The notes under the pieces: model-generated
Told to the model about the DNA's origin: nothing
The model's database searches: none
Seen by the model: only the letters and a program-made list of their open reading frames with translations
Translations under genes and position numbers: made by a program
Origin: Polyangiaceae bacterium
GTDB lineage: Bacteria > Myxococcota_A > Polyangia > Polyangiales > Polyangiaceae
Reading direction: 5' to 3'
Length of the DNA: 64,000 nucleotides
Assembly: GCA_044376115.1 (NCBI GenBank)
Contig: JBILLK010000007.1
Span: 64,001 to 128,000, forward strand
Part shown: one piece after another, positions 53,920-63,072 of the stretch
How positions within the stretch are numbered: position 1 is the stretch's first letter
Layout: each line of letters starts with the position of its first letter

Positions 53920-55707
53920 TCAAGCTTCCGTGACCAGCGCAAGAAAGGTGCGTTGGTCGGCGTTCCACCCATCGACGTCGAACCGCAGCTTGCCCGAACT
54001 CTCGCGCAACAGTTCGCGCGCAAGTAGCCGCCGATCCCCGTGATGCGTGTTCGGATCGGCTAGCTCCGGCGCGATCGTGCTAGCGCTCCACTCCCGCCCC
54101 CAGCGTAAGCGTTGGTTCGTAGCGGGGCCGCTCGCGAGCCACTCACCGAAATCGCGCCGCAAGGCGGCAACATCCGGATACCCAATGCCGTAGTTCGGGA
54201 CGTTGACGCCGGAGATTCGCTTGACCGCTCCCGCCGCGCACCAGCGCTGGTCATCGCCCTCTTGGCCGCCAACCTCGGCGAGCTCCTCGATGGCCGCAAT
54301 CAGCGCCGGCCCATGTTCTGCGTGGCCGAAGAACCCGACATCACGGTAGGCCCGCAGTCGATGTGCGGCGTTCCATACGCGTGCTGCGTCGCGCTTGTCG
54401 CCGATCACTGAGAGGGCCCTCAACGCGAGACGCGCCTGCGTTTGGTTTGCGCCCGCGATGAACGCGTCGAGTTCGGCGCCGAGCACCTCGCGGGCCTGCG
54501 GCATCCCGAGCTCACTCATGCCGGTGCCCGCAGCGATACGCACAGACGAATGACCCGAGGCTGCAGCTGCCGTGAGAGCGCCGGTCGCGAGCGTTGGCGG
54601 CGCGAGCGGCAAAAGGCGGGTCGCCGTGCTCGCCACCGCGTAGTGAGGGTGGGTCGACAAGGCCAACATCTTGCGGTGGAAGTAGCTGCGTCGCAGCGCT
54701 GCCTCGAGCACGACGACGAGCAGCTCCGGCGCCGCGTCTTCAGGCAACAGCGTGAGGAGTTTGCCAACGCACGCAGGGTTTGCTCCCAACGCAAGGGCGT
54801 CCACATACGCCGGCAGCGCCCGCGGGTCCGCGCGCGGTAAGGCCATGGCGAGACCTACCGCCGCTGACGGCGATTCATTGCATGCAAGCACGAAGGCAAA
54901 GGCGAAGGTGCGGCCGAGATCGGGTACCACCCATTCGGTTGCGTACTTGTAGAGGGCTTCGGTGAGTTCGAGGCGAGCGGCCGACGCGCGGCGAGGCATC
55001 GCAAGCGAGACCAGGGCGTGATAGTTCGCGAGCAGCCGCTCATCGAAAGGGCGCCCCTCCGACCACGCTTCGCGGTCTGAAACACGACGCAGCGTCGAGA
55101 GCCCTGCGAGGTCTTCCATCGCTTCGCGAGCGAGGCGTTCGACCTGGTCGAGTTCGCCTTGATCGCCTGCCTTCTCGTTCTCCGCGCCTTCGCGGCCGCG
55201 AAGCTTGCGATCGTCATCCTGTCGGCCAATCAGTCGCAGAATCGTGGTCGCGACGCCGCGCACCATCGTCGGCACGCCAGGCGCTACCGTAAAGGGCGCA
55301 GCGGTAGGCTCGTCTCCGCGTGGTCGGGACCCCGTTGCACGATCGAACTCGACCATCGACTCGATTGCGTCGGCGCGGAACTGTTCGAGGAACTGCAGCG
55401 AGTCTGCCAGCGCGGCGCTCACGACCGACCTCTTTTGGGGATCCGGGTCGTTTTGGACGGCGAGTCTTGACTCGCTCATCGTGGAGGCGGCCTGGCCCAA
55501 ATGCCGAATGCCATCATCCGTCGCCCTGCGGTCATGCACTAGCGATTCGGCGAAGGCCCCGACTTGCGAAAGTGTTTCGCGCAGCGCGCTCTCGAGCGCC
55601 GAACCCTCGAAGTCCCGTTGAGACTCGGCGAGGCGGAGCATCAGACTGAGCAGCTCCTGTGTGAGCAACTCACAGCCGTCCTGCAACTCTTCCAGAGACT
55701 GCGTCAT
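53920..55707 (-). CDS. TIGR02270-like HEAT-repeat T6SS-associated protein
   Basis: FDERLLANYHAL; C-terminal RLRWGREW...RRLLAREL...FDVDGW; last gene of the vgrG cluster. Confidence 0.7.
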   Translation of the reverse strand: MTQSLEELQDGCELLTQELLSLMLRLAESQRDFEGSALESALRETLSQVGAFAESLVHDRRATDDGIRHLGQAASTMSESRLAVQNDPDPQKRSVVSAALADSLQFLEQFRADAIESMVEFDRATGSRPRGDEPTAAPFTVAPGVPTMVRGVATTILRLIGRQDDDRKLRGREGAENEKAGDQGELDQVERLAREAMEDLAGLSTLRRVSDREAWSEGRPFDERLLANYHALVSLAMPRRASAARLELTEALYKYATEWVVPDLGRTFAFAFVLACNESPSAAVGLAMALPRADPRALPAYVDALALGANPACVGKLLTLLPEDAAPELLVVVLEAALRRSYFHRKMLALSTHPHYAVASTATRLLPLAPPTLATGALTAAAASGHSSVRIAAGTGMSELGMPQAREVLGAELDAFIAGANQTQARLALRALSVIGDKRDAARVWNAAHRLRAYRDVGFFGHAEHGPALIAAIEELAEVGGQEGDDQRWCAAGAVKRISGVNVPNYGIGYPDVAALRRDFGEWLASGPATNQRLRWGREWSASTIAPELADPNTHHGDRRLLARELLRESSGKLRFDVDGWNADQRTFLALVTEA

Positions 55708-56729
55708 TCTGCGCTCTCCAAGAAAACAATGCTGCGCGCTGCACCCTCCGACGCTGCCACGACGAGCGCGGACTTCGCTCGGGCAAAGCCCATGGTGAAG
55801 CCCATCGTCGCGTACACCGTGGCCAGCGCGGCATTCGCTGCGCCTGCATCACCCATCTGTCGGTGCAGATGTTCGCGCCACGTGCGCTCTGGCCTGTGGT
55901 GAAATACATCGAAGTTGCGCATCCGCACGTAGGTCCACTCGCGCGTCCGATGATGCTCTCCCGTTGCATCGGAAAGGACCCACGGGACCGGCCTTGGCAA
56001 GCGGGGATCACTCGTGATCTTGGTCAGGGCCTTTGCAAGCACCGGATACAGCGTCTCCTCCTCGGCCGTGCTGACGAAGCGGATCGTAGCGAGGGGCGGA
56101 ACCCCTGCGCTGCGGTTCTTCGCCGGCGGCGTGACCATGATGAAGGCTGCACCCTCGGAAGGAATGAAGCCGTTCCCGCCTCGCGAGCTCAAGACGCGAA
56201 AGTTCTTGTCGAGGGTCTCGAGACGCGATCGGTCGTGAAAGGAATCGATCGCCCCAACGATCACAGGCACATCTCGCGAGAATGTTGCCGCACGCGCGAG
56301 CAGGGCAGCGAAGCCAGCGCTGCCAAGCCGAATCGCGGTCGAGCGGTCATCCAACGAGATCCCCGCGGCCTTGGCCAGCGCACCTAGGACGTCTCCAAGC
56401 TTGGTCATCTCTTCGGGCTCGCCATCCCAGGGTTCGGGCAGCGTGAGCAGGAGTACCACCGGCTTGTGCGGCTCGAGCTGGGCCGCATGCGGGAGGTTCT
56501 CCAAGAGTTCAATGAGCGCAGGCTGTCCGAGCGCGATCATTCGTGCGGCCCCAGTGAGGGTGTCGGGGAAACGCCAAGAGCGCACCGACCCGATGGCGAT
56601 CCCTTCCTCATCCACGAACGGAGTGGGGCGCGGAAAGCACTTTGACGCGCGCAGCATCAGTGCGGTCTGGCGGGCGTCTATCCCGAGCGGCGTGAAGGCG
56701 CCCACAGAAACGATCGAGAGCTGACTCAA
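55704..56729 (-). CDS. PRK06147-like ketoacyl-synthase-fold T6SS adaptor
   Basis: VGAFTPLG, GAIDS, GFIPSEGAA, DATGEHHRTREW, MGDAGAA; no catalytic Cys apparent. Confidence 0.82.
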   Translation of the reverse strand: MSQLSIVSVGAFTPLGIDARQTALMLRASKCFPRPTPFVDEEGIAIGSVRSWRFPDTLTGAARMIALGQPALIELLENLPHAAQLEPHKPVVLLLTLPEPWDGEPEEMTKLGDVLGALAKAAGISLDDRSTAIRLGSAGFAALLARAATFSRDVPVIVGAIDSFHDRSRLETLDKNFRVLSSRGGNGFIPSEGAAFIMVTPPAKNRSAGVPPLATIRFVSTAEEETLYPVLAKALTKITSDPRLPRPVPWVLSDATGEHHRTREWTYVRMRNFDVFHHRPERTWREHLHRQMGDAGAANAALATVYATMGFTMGFARAKSALVVAASEGAARSIVFLESAE

Positions 56730-58015
56730 GACTGCGCTCCCGTCTTCGCCAATCGGCGCTCGCGTAGCCGTGTGGCTGCTTCCTTTCTCGCGGTGATCAA
56801 GCGTTGCGAGGTTGGTGAGCTACCGAACCGCGTTTCGGCTGTGATCCGTTCGAGGTAGCCACGCTCCTCGAGCGCATAGGCATGCTCATCGAGCTGATGC
56901 CGCGCGAGCACGTCGCACCTGGGTTCGGCACGCTCGGCCAGCTCCAAGCCGATCTCGGCGTATTCATCTTCGGAGAGCAGCGGCTCTGGTGCTAGCGGGT
57001 AACGCCAGCTCTGATAGCGCGCGATCGTCTCTTCTTCTTTGGTGAGACGGGGAGGGGGCACACCGCGAGCTGCGTCCTCCCAGGTCCACGCAAACTGGAA
57101 GCTGCCACGAGGCAGCTCACGCAGGATGTCCTTCCACGTAGCTGGGTCATCGACGTTCGTGTCGGCGGCGAATCCAAGCAACACGCGATCGACCACCTTC
57201 GGACCGCCAGCAGGGAAACGGGCGCGCCACGTGAGTTCCATTTGTTGCTTCGTACAATCGACAAGGATCGTGTCGAGCTCTGCCGCCACTCGTACCTCGG
57301 CGCCGCCTGGTTTTGCGGGGGACACCAGGATGCGCGGGGTGAGCTTCGGCAGCTCGTAGTCGCCCGAGAACAGTTGCTTCGAGCCCGAACTGTCCGGCTG
57401 TGAAAGCTTGATTGAGACCGTGGAGCCCGGCTGCACCGCTTTGCGTAACAAGCCTTGGCTAGCCGACAGATAACAGCGAAGGGAGACCTTTTCCTCATGG
57501 TGAAACTTGGTCTGCGAGATGTCGAAGAAGTTGCTCGGACCAAGCATGGCGTCGAGCCCCTCGGCGCCTCGTAGCTGAGCGCGCGCCAGCGGTAGGGGAC
57601 TTACGATCGGTTCGTCCGCCGGTATGTCGAAGGCGGTCGATACGCCGCCCACGACAACCTCGCCCGCTAGTCCGCGACCCTTCTCGACAGGCCCAGCAAG
57701 CTCGACGGCTCCTACGACCAGGACGTCCACGCCTCCTTTCCAAGGAACGAAGTCCACCGGGCGCTCGAACGGATCCGCCTGGGCCGGCGTCGCGAAGACC
57801 ATCTCCGCCGTTCGCAAGTCGGACTCTCCGTGCTTGAGCACCGCCTTGATGATCACGGTGCACCAGTCGTCCCAGCCTTCCGACCAAAACAGGAGCCCCA
57901 ACGTGGGTGCTGCTTTGATTCGGCCGGCCTTTGGGACTTCCTCCGCGCCGGCCTGAGGGCGGTGCGAAACTAGATTGGCTGGGGAGAGGCCCACCACGAT
58001 TCTCGACGGGCTCAT
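56726..58015 (-). CDS. DUF2169 T6SS effector chaperone
   Basis: CTVIIKA, DFVPWKGGVDVLVVG, LDTILVD...ELTWR. Confidence 0.85.
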   Translation of the reverse strand: MSPSRIVVGLSPANLVSHRPQAGAEEVPKAGRIKAAPTLGLLFWSEGWDDWCTVIIKAVLKHGESDLRTAEMVFATPAQADPFERPVDFVPWKGGVDVLVVGAVELAGPVEKGRGLAGEVVVGGVSTAFDIPADEPIVSPLPLARAQLRGAEGLDAMLGPSNFFDISQTKFHHEEKVSLRCYLSASQGLLRKAVQPGSTVSIKLSQPDSSGSKQLFSGDYELPKLTPRILVSPAKPGGAEVRVAAELDTILVDCTKQQMELTWRARFPAGGPKVVDRVLLGFAADTNVDDPATWKDILRELPRGSFQFAWTWEDAARGVPPPRLTKEEETIARYQSWRYPLAPEPLLSEDEYAEIGLELAERAEPRCDVLARHQLDEHAYALEERGYLERITAETRFGSSPTSQRLITARKEAATRLRERRLAKTGAQS

Positions 58016-58016
58016 T

Positions 58017-59987
58017 TCATTTTCCGCTGAGTGCCATCAGATACTTGATCGGGTGGAGGTCCGTCTCTTCGTACTTGTAGCGCATGAACTCGGGCCACAC
58101 TTCGCCGCCATACTTTCGCTCCCACCAGAAGGTGCTGATCACGACGTAGCCGGTAAAGCCGATGCGCGCGTCTCCCTTGTCGAGCTTGAAGAAGGCGACG
58201 GCGTCCGGATCTCTGTAGAAGCCCTTGAACTTGGGGTTCCAACGAGCAACAGCCTGCACTTCGATGTTGAGGTTGCTCCGGAAAACGATGCGCACGTACA
58301 CGTAGAACTTGAAGTCGAAGACAATGTTGACGTTGCCCGCTTCGAACACGCCGTATTGATCCTGCGAGCATCCACCTTCGACGCCAATGTCAAGGGTAAC
58401 GCCCAGGCCGGCCGCTGCTTCTGCGCCGATCCACGAGAGGATGTACTCCATCGCGGTGCCTGCCATCGCCCCCGGAAAGGCAGCGTCCACGATGCGCGCC
58501 CAGGGCACCGGGAGCTCCACCTTGATGCCAACGATCTTCTTCAGCTTGAGCATCAGCGACTGTTTGCGGCCGACCTGATACTTCTTGCGCCCCGCGTCTG
58601 GCGCATCCTTGTCGAGCTCCAGCCACCGGCATTTGATTTCGATCTCAGGGTCCTTGAGCAGAACGATCTCGACCTTGAACCCGCGCATGAAGCGCTGACA
58701 GATCGCCGAAAGCCACTCGGCGAAGGTCGTGACGGCTTTGCATGCGATCTTGAGCGCAGCGATGTCCTTGTCGCTCAGCTTGAAGTCCACCTCCTCGCAC
58801 GGATAGACCACGATTTGTGACTGCAAACCGCCGGTGCAGGCCTGGGAGGTCACGTCGATGCGCACCGGCCAGCGGTCCCAGAAGTAGACGCGAAGAAACT
58901 GCGCGAGGTTCAGGAGCTGTGCCGCGCGTTGCACCCGTTTCTGGTGGTCGGCGTTGGCCTTCTTGTGCGCTTCAAACTCCTTCTTCTGAGCCTCATTCCT
59001 CTCGCGGAGGGCCTCGTTTCGCTTCGCCATATCCGCCGACTCTTGGCGGATCGCATCGCGATTGGCGCCGACCATCGGGCCGTAGCCACCCTTGGGTCGC
59101 TCGGGAGACGCCTCTTTGGCTCTCCGCATCGCTTCGGCATCGCGGTCTTTCTTCGATGCAAACTTGTCGGTTTCTTCCGTCTCAGGCGTTGCCTTCTTGT
59201 CCTTGGCCTCGACTTTGGCCTGAAACACCGGAATCGGTGCGGTACTGGTCCACGACTGATCAAGCAGGAGCACATCTCCGGTTCGTTCCTCGCGGCGCTC
59301 CCCGAGAAAGCCACCCGCGACTCGATGAATCACCCACGCCGTGTGGTTGCCTTCCCCCAACTTGCATTTGGGCGGGCCGGGTTCCACAGCGTTGTGGCGC
59401 TTGGCCTCGAACAAGACCATGCACGGATCTTGTGGGTCCGAGACGATCTCGAGCACCCGGTTTTCTCCGACCTTGCCCAGCTCGCGGCCGTGGGAGCACT
59501 CGACTTTGTCCTCGGTGAGTGAGCACCTCTTGAGCGCATCGGCTGCCATCTTGGCCAGCTCTTCGGCCTTGCCAAGATCGTAGACGATGCCTTCACAGTT
59601 GGCTCCATCCTGTGTGGTCGGGTCTTTGTCGCGCGTCGGGGTCTTCTCCTCGACGCACATATTGTCTGCGCCTTCGGTGGCTCGAGCCTCCTGCTGGTAC
59701 GGTCCACCCTTCTTGCGAATGACGTACGGGGGATGCTCGTCATGCGTCGGTGGACCCTTGGGTGGTCCAACCGCGTCGTCGATGGAGATGACGAAGCCAT
59801 CCGCGAACTTGGTTCTTTCGCTGGAGTGGTCGCCCGCCTCCTTGAGCAACGCATAGTTCTTGAACGGCTTCGGCGGCCCAACGGGCGCCACCATACATTC
59901 GTCGTCCTCGCCCTTCGTCGTCTCGGACAGTCCGGAGCTGGTGGTGGCGATCACGCGATCGTCTTTGCTATGCGTTACGACAGCCAT
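58017..59987 (-). CDS. DUF4150 (PAAR-like) domain fused to an unknown C-terminal effector
   Basis: D.C..P..P.PF.N...GADNMCVEEKTPTRDKDPTTQDGANCEG resembles divergent DUF4150; context between vgrG and DUF2169. Confidence 0.72.
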   Translation of the reverse strand: MAVVTHSKDDRVIATTSSGLSETTKGEDDECMVAPVGPPKPFKNYALLKEAGDHSSERTKFADGFVISIDDAVGPPKGPPTHDEHPPYVIRKKGGPYQQEARATEGADNMCVEEKTPTRDKDPTTQDGANCEGIVYDLGKAEELAKMAADALKRCSLTEDKVECSHGRELGKVGENRVLEIVSDPQDPCMVLFEAKRHNAVEPGPPKCKLGEGNHTAWVIHRVAGGFLGERREERTGDVLLLDQSWTSTAPIPVFQAKVEAKDKKATPETEETDKFASKKDRDAEAMRRAKEASPERPKGGYGPMVGANRDAIRQESADMAKRNEALRERNEAQKKEFEAHKKANADHQKRVQRAAQLLNLAQFLRVYFWDRWPVRIDVTSQACTGGLQSQIVVYPCEEVDFKLSDKDIAALKIACKAVTTFAEWLSAICQRFMRGFKVEIVLLKDPEIEIKCRWLELDKDAPDAGRKKYQVGRKQSLMLKLKKIVGIKVELPVPWARIVDAAFPGAMAGTAMEYILSWIGAEAAAGLGVTLDIGVEGGCSQDQYGVFEAGNVNIVFDFKFYVYVRIVFRSNLNIEVQAVARWNPKFKGFYRDPDAVAFFKLDKGDARIGFTGYVVISTFWWERKYGGEVWPEFMRYKYEETDLHPIKYLMALSGK

Positions 59988-60029
59988 GGGGTTCCTCCGA
60001 CAGGGTGCAATGAACGGACGAAGTTACAG

Positions 60030-60824
60030 TCAGCGAAAGATGCGCCAGTCGGCGCCCTGGCGCAGGAGCAGCGGCCGTACCGCCCACACCTGACCGGGAT
60101 CGGTCTTGTGACGGGCGAGCAGCGCAGGTCCCCCATCCACAGACGTCGCGTACGCCACCCGGCCCATCGCGCAGGACCGAAAGCGGAGGTCCTCGGGGCG
60201 GAAGGGCATCACGTCCCAAGGCTCCTTGAACATCTCTTCGTTCTCTTTGCGCAAGCTCGCGACGTCGGTGCTTGGGAGCTTGCCGAAGTAGCGCTGCAGA
60301 TCCTCGATCTTGAGGCTACCAAGCTCGAGCAAGGCATCGCCGTCTCGCTTGGCGAACGCTTGATGGAGACCGAACACGGTCTTCAACAGCTCCGGCGAAC
60401 CTCGCTCGGGTACCGGGCCTGGGCTCGAATCCGCCCAGATCGGCTTGGGGATCACGCCCTCTGCTGTGAACGTGCCGCGAATCGAACAGGGGAGCTTGCG
60501 CTCCTCCTCGGGCAACTTCGGCAGGAACGTCGGGTACTCCTCGAAGTACACAAGCTTGTCGTCAGCCTCGACCGCGCCCTGCCCAATGATCTTGCATTGA
60601 AAGTGGGCGGGAACGAGAACCATCTCGGGGTTCTTCGGGGACTCTCGACACTCGATGACAATCTCGTTTTCACCCGCTTGAAGCCAGGGCGTCGCCGGAA
60701 AGGTCGGGGTGGAGTAGCCCATGACGGCGCGGTCGTACATGGGCACGTCGTTGACAAAGACGCGCACGTGGACGCCGGGGCACTGCCGAAGCATTGCCAT
60801 GTAGGGCGCGCATAGCTCGCTCAT
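60030..60824 (-). CDS. hypothetical protein coupled to vgrG
   Basis: ATGA overlap with the vgrG stop; VFVNDVPM...WLQAGENEIVI. Confidence 0.75.
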   Translation of the reverse strand: MSELCAPYMAMLRQCPGVHVRVFVNDVPMYDRAVMGYSTPTFPATPWLQAGENEIVIECRESPKNPEMVLVPAHFQCKIIGQGAVEADDKLVYFEEYPTFLPKLPEEERKLPCSIRGTFTAEGVIPKPIWADSSPGPVPERGSPELLKTVFGLHQAFAKRDGDALLELGSLKIEDLQRYFGKLPSTDVASLRKENEEMFKEPWDVMPFRPEDLRFRSCAMGRVAYATSVDGGPALLARHKTDPGQVWAVRPLLLRQGADWRIFR

Positions 60825-63052
60825 TCGGACCTCGGCGGATCTTGGCGTGCCTGGCCAACGCGGAGTTGATTGCCTCCGCACATGGTGAACTCGATGTTGT
60901 CCTCGGCGATCAACTCGATCACACCGGACTCCATTTTGATCTGGGTGTCGCCAACCTTGATGGTCAGCGAGCAACCGCCGTTCATGCCAATCTTGTCGGC
61001 GCTACCCTTCATGTTTTCGGCTCCGGCGAGGAGGAGGTTGCCTTGCGCTTTGACCTCCACATTCTTCGTCACGTTGAGGCGTCGCTTGTCCTCGACGCGG
61101 GTGGCAATCTCTTTGCCTGCCGTCTCGAGCACGTTGCCGCCGATCGTCTCGATGCGCTCGGTCCCGCTCGATTCGCTCTTGGTGTTCTTGCTGCGCTCCG
61201 TATGCGAGCCCTTTACGATCAGCTTGGATTCGGTGCCGACCCCCGTCATGTTGCTGCCCTTGGACTGCTCGGTGACGTCGCCGGTGATCTCTTCGGTGTG
61301 ATCTTTGGAGACCTGGGTGTTCTCGCTCAGCTTGACCTTGCGCTCGTGGTTGCCACCGATCTTGAGCTTGTGATTTCCGGTGGTGTTGTCCGCCATGGCT
61401 TTACCCACCTCAATGGTGCAATTGCCACCGATCTGGACTTGCTGGCTGCCCTGACACGTCGGCGAATAGTTGGACTTCACGGCGAGGGTCATGTTGTTGG
61501 AGATCTTGATGGTCTCGTTGCCATCGATGATGCCTCCATCCACTTCGTTCGTTTGTTCGTGCTTGTCCGTGGCGACCACAATGTTCTGGTCGCGGCAGGC
61601 TCCGATTGCGACGAACTCGTAGCCAGCCTTGTCGTCGAATTGGATGTAGTTCGAGCCGGATTCGGTGCGCGGCGAGGTCTGCGACCGGAGCGCCGTGCGC
61701 ATCTTGTTCTCCGGCAGCGTGGCGAAGTGCTGCTCGAAGCCGTTGAACACCCGACCGACCACCACCGGTCGATCCGGGTCGCCTTCCATGAACTGGCAAA
61801 CGACCTCCCAGTCGGTGCGCATGATGCCCGAGGAGCGCCCGGTGTTGTCCTGCAGGGTCGGCACCCAATGAGATACGTCGGCGTCGCCCTTTCTGGCTTG
61901 GCGACGATCCCACGGGAACCAAACCTTCACTTGTCCCCACTTGTCCGTATGAATGTCTGCGTTAGCTGGACCCGTGGTGAAGCCGGTAAGTGGATTTGGC
62001 TCGGTGGGTGCTGGTGTGATCACCGGCGGCCGATAGGTGGTGAGTTCCCGCAGGCATTCAATCTCAACGCTGAAACCAGCGTCGACGCGGGACCATTCGT
62101 GGTTGACGCGTGTGACTACGTACCCGCCATTCCGCACACCCATCGGTGCTTCCTGAAGCTCGAATCGAGCCACGGGTCGCAGCTCGGCGCAAAAGGATTT
62201 GGCAACGACCCGCTGATGGATGCAGGTCAAGGCATCGGCACGCTTCTTTGCCTTGATCTGACCCTCGCCCGGCTCTTCGTATTCCCCGGGGTAGTCGTAC
62301 CACTCCGCTCCGCCCTCGGTAGGACCGTCCGCCGATACATCCATATTCATGCTCGGATGCTCGTGATTGAAGTCCCGCAGGCTTATCTTTCCTGCCGTCA
62401 TCGTGCCGCGCTGACCCACGGCGTAAACGCTGTCTTCGTTCTGGTCGAGCCCGCTATCGGCTCGGAATGGCAACACCGCTACGCGGTCGTCGTAGGCGCT
62501 GGTGTGATCGCCAAGGATCACCGAGCCGTCGTCTGCGCATACGTAGAAGATGCCTTCATCCTCGAGCAGTCGCGCGGCGAAGTCGTAGTCCGACTCACGG
62601 AACTGCACACAGTACGGCCTGACCTTGTAAGCATCCCGCAGCCGAAGCTGGACGGGGACGCCCATCCCCGTAAGCACCTCCGACACAATCGTCTCGGCAG
62701 ACTTGTTGCGGAATACGCGGATGTCGCTGCGCTTGCGGAGCATCGCCAACCGGGGCTCCAGCGTGAGCTTGAACAACGCGCCGCCCGCGCGCCCTTTGAC
62801 CGAGCGCGTGGCTGAGCGCCGCACCTCGGTTACGTACAGTGCGAGCCGACGGTGGAGCGCCGGGGTGCGCTCCAGCGAGAGTTCCGCCGGGTTCGATATC
62901 AGTGCGTCGGGGTCGAGTGGATCGGTGTCGGGTACGTGGAACGTCACCTCGTAGCGGGAGGTGAGTGACAACCCCTCGACCCCTTTGACCGTCTTGAGTT
63001 CGTAGGTACTGCTGCCGAAGTGAATGAAGTAACGAAGCGGCTCTCTTGCCAT
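60821..63052 (-). CDS. vgrG: type VI secretion spike protein VgrG
   Basis: EGLS...Y, YCVQFRESDYDFAARLLEDEGIFY, YDYPG, VKVWFPWDR, FMEGDPDRPVV, gp5-like beta-helix repeats. Confidence 0.95.
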   Translation of the reverse strand: MAREPLRYFIHFGSSTYELKTVKGVEGLSLTSRYEVTFHVPDTDPLDPDALISNPAELSLERTPALHRRLALYVTEVRRSATRSVKGRAGGALFKLTLEPRLAMLRKRSDIRVFRNKSAETIVSEVLTGMGVPVQLRLRDAYKVRPYCVQFRESDYDFAARLLEDEGIFYVCADDGSVILGDHTSAYDDRVAVLPFRADSGLDQNEDSVYAVGQRGTMTAGKISLRDFNHEHPSMNMDVSADGPTEGGAEWYDYPGEYEEPGEGQIKAKKRADALTCIHQRVVAKSFCAELRPVARFELQEAPMGVRNGGYVVTRVNHEWSRVDAGFSVEIECLRELTTYRPPVITPAPTEPNPLTGFTTGPANADIHTDKWGQVKVWFPWDRRQARKGDADVSHWVPTLQDNTGRSSGIMRTDWEVVCQFMEGDPDRPVVVGRVFNGFEQHFATLPENKMRTALRSQTSPRTESGSNYIQFDDKAGYEFVAIGACRDQNIVVATDKHEQTNEVDGGIIDGNETIKISNNMTLAVKSNYSPTCQGSQQVQIGGNCTIEVGKAMADNTTGNHKLKIGGNHERKVKLSENTQVSKDHTEEITGDVTEQSKGSNMTGVGTESKLIVKGSHTERSKNTKSESSGTERIETIGGNVLETAGKEIATRVEDKRRLNVTKNVEVKAQGNLLLAGAENMKGSADKIGMNGGCSLTIKVGDTQIKMESGVIELIAEDNIEFTMCGGNQLRVGQARQDPPRSE

Positions 63053-63072
63053 GACTTGATTCCTCGACGAGT

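Noticed and set aside
55704..56729. Fatty-acid or polyketide ketosynthase
   Set aside because: No catalytic Cys/His set, and the vgrG-DUF2169-DUF4150 context indicates the T6SS adaptor family
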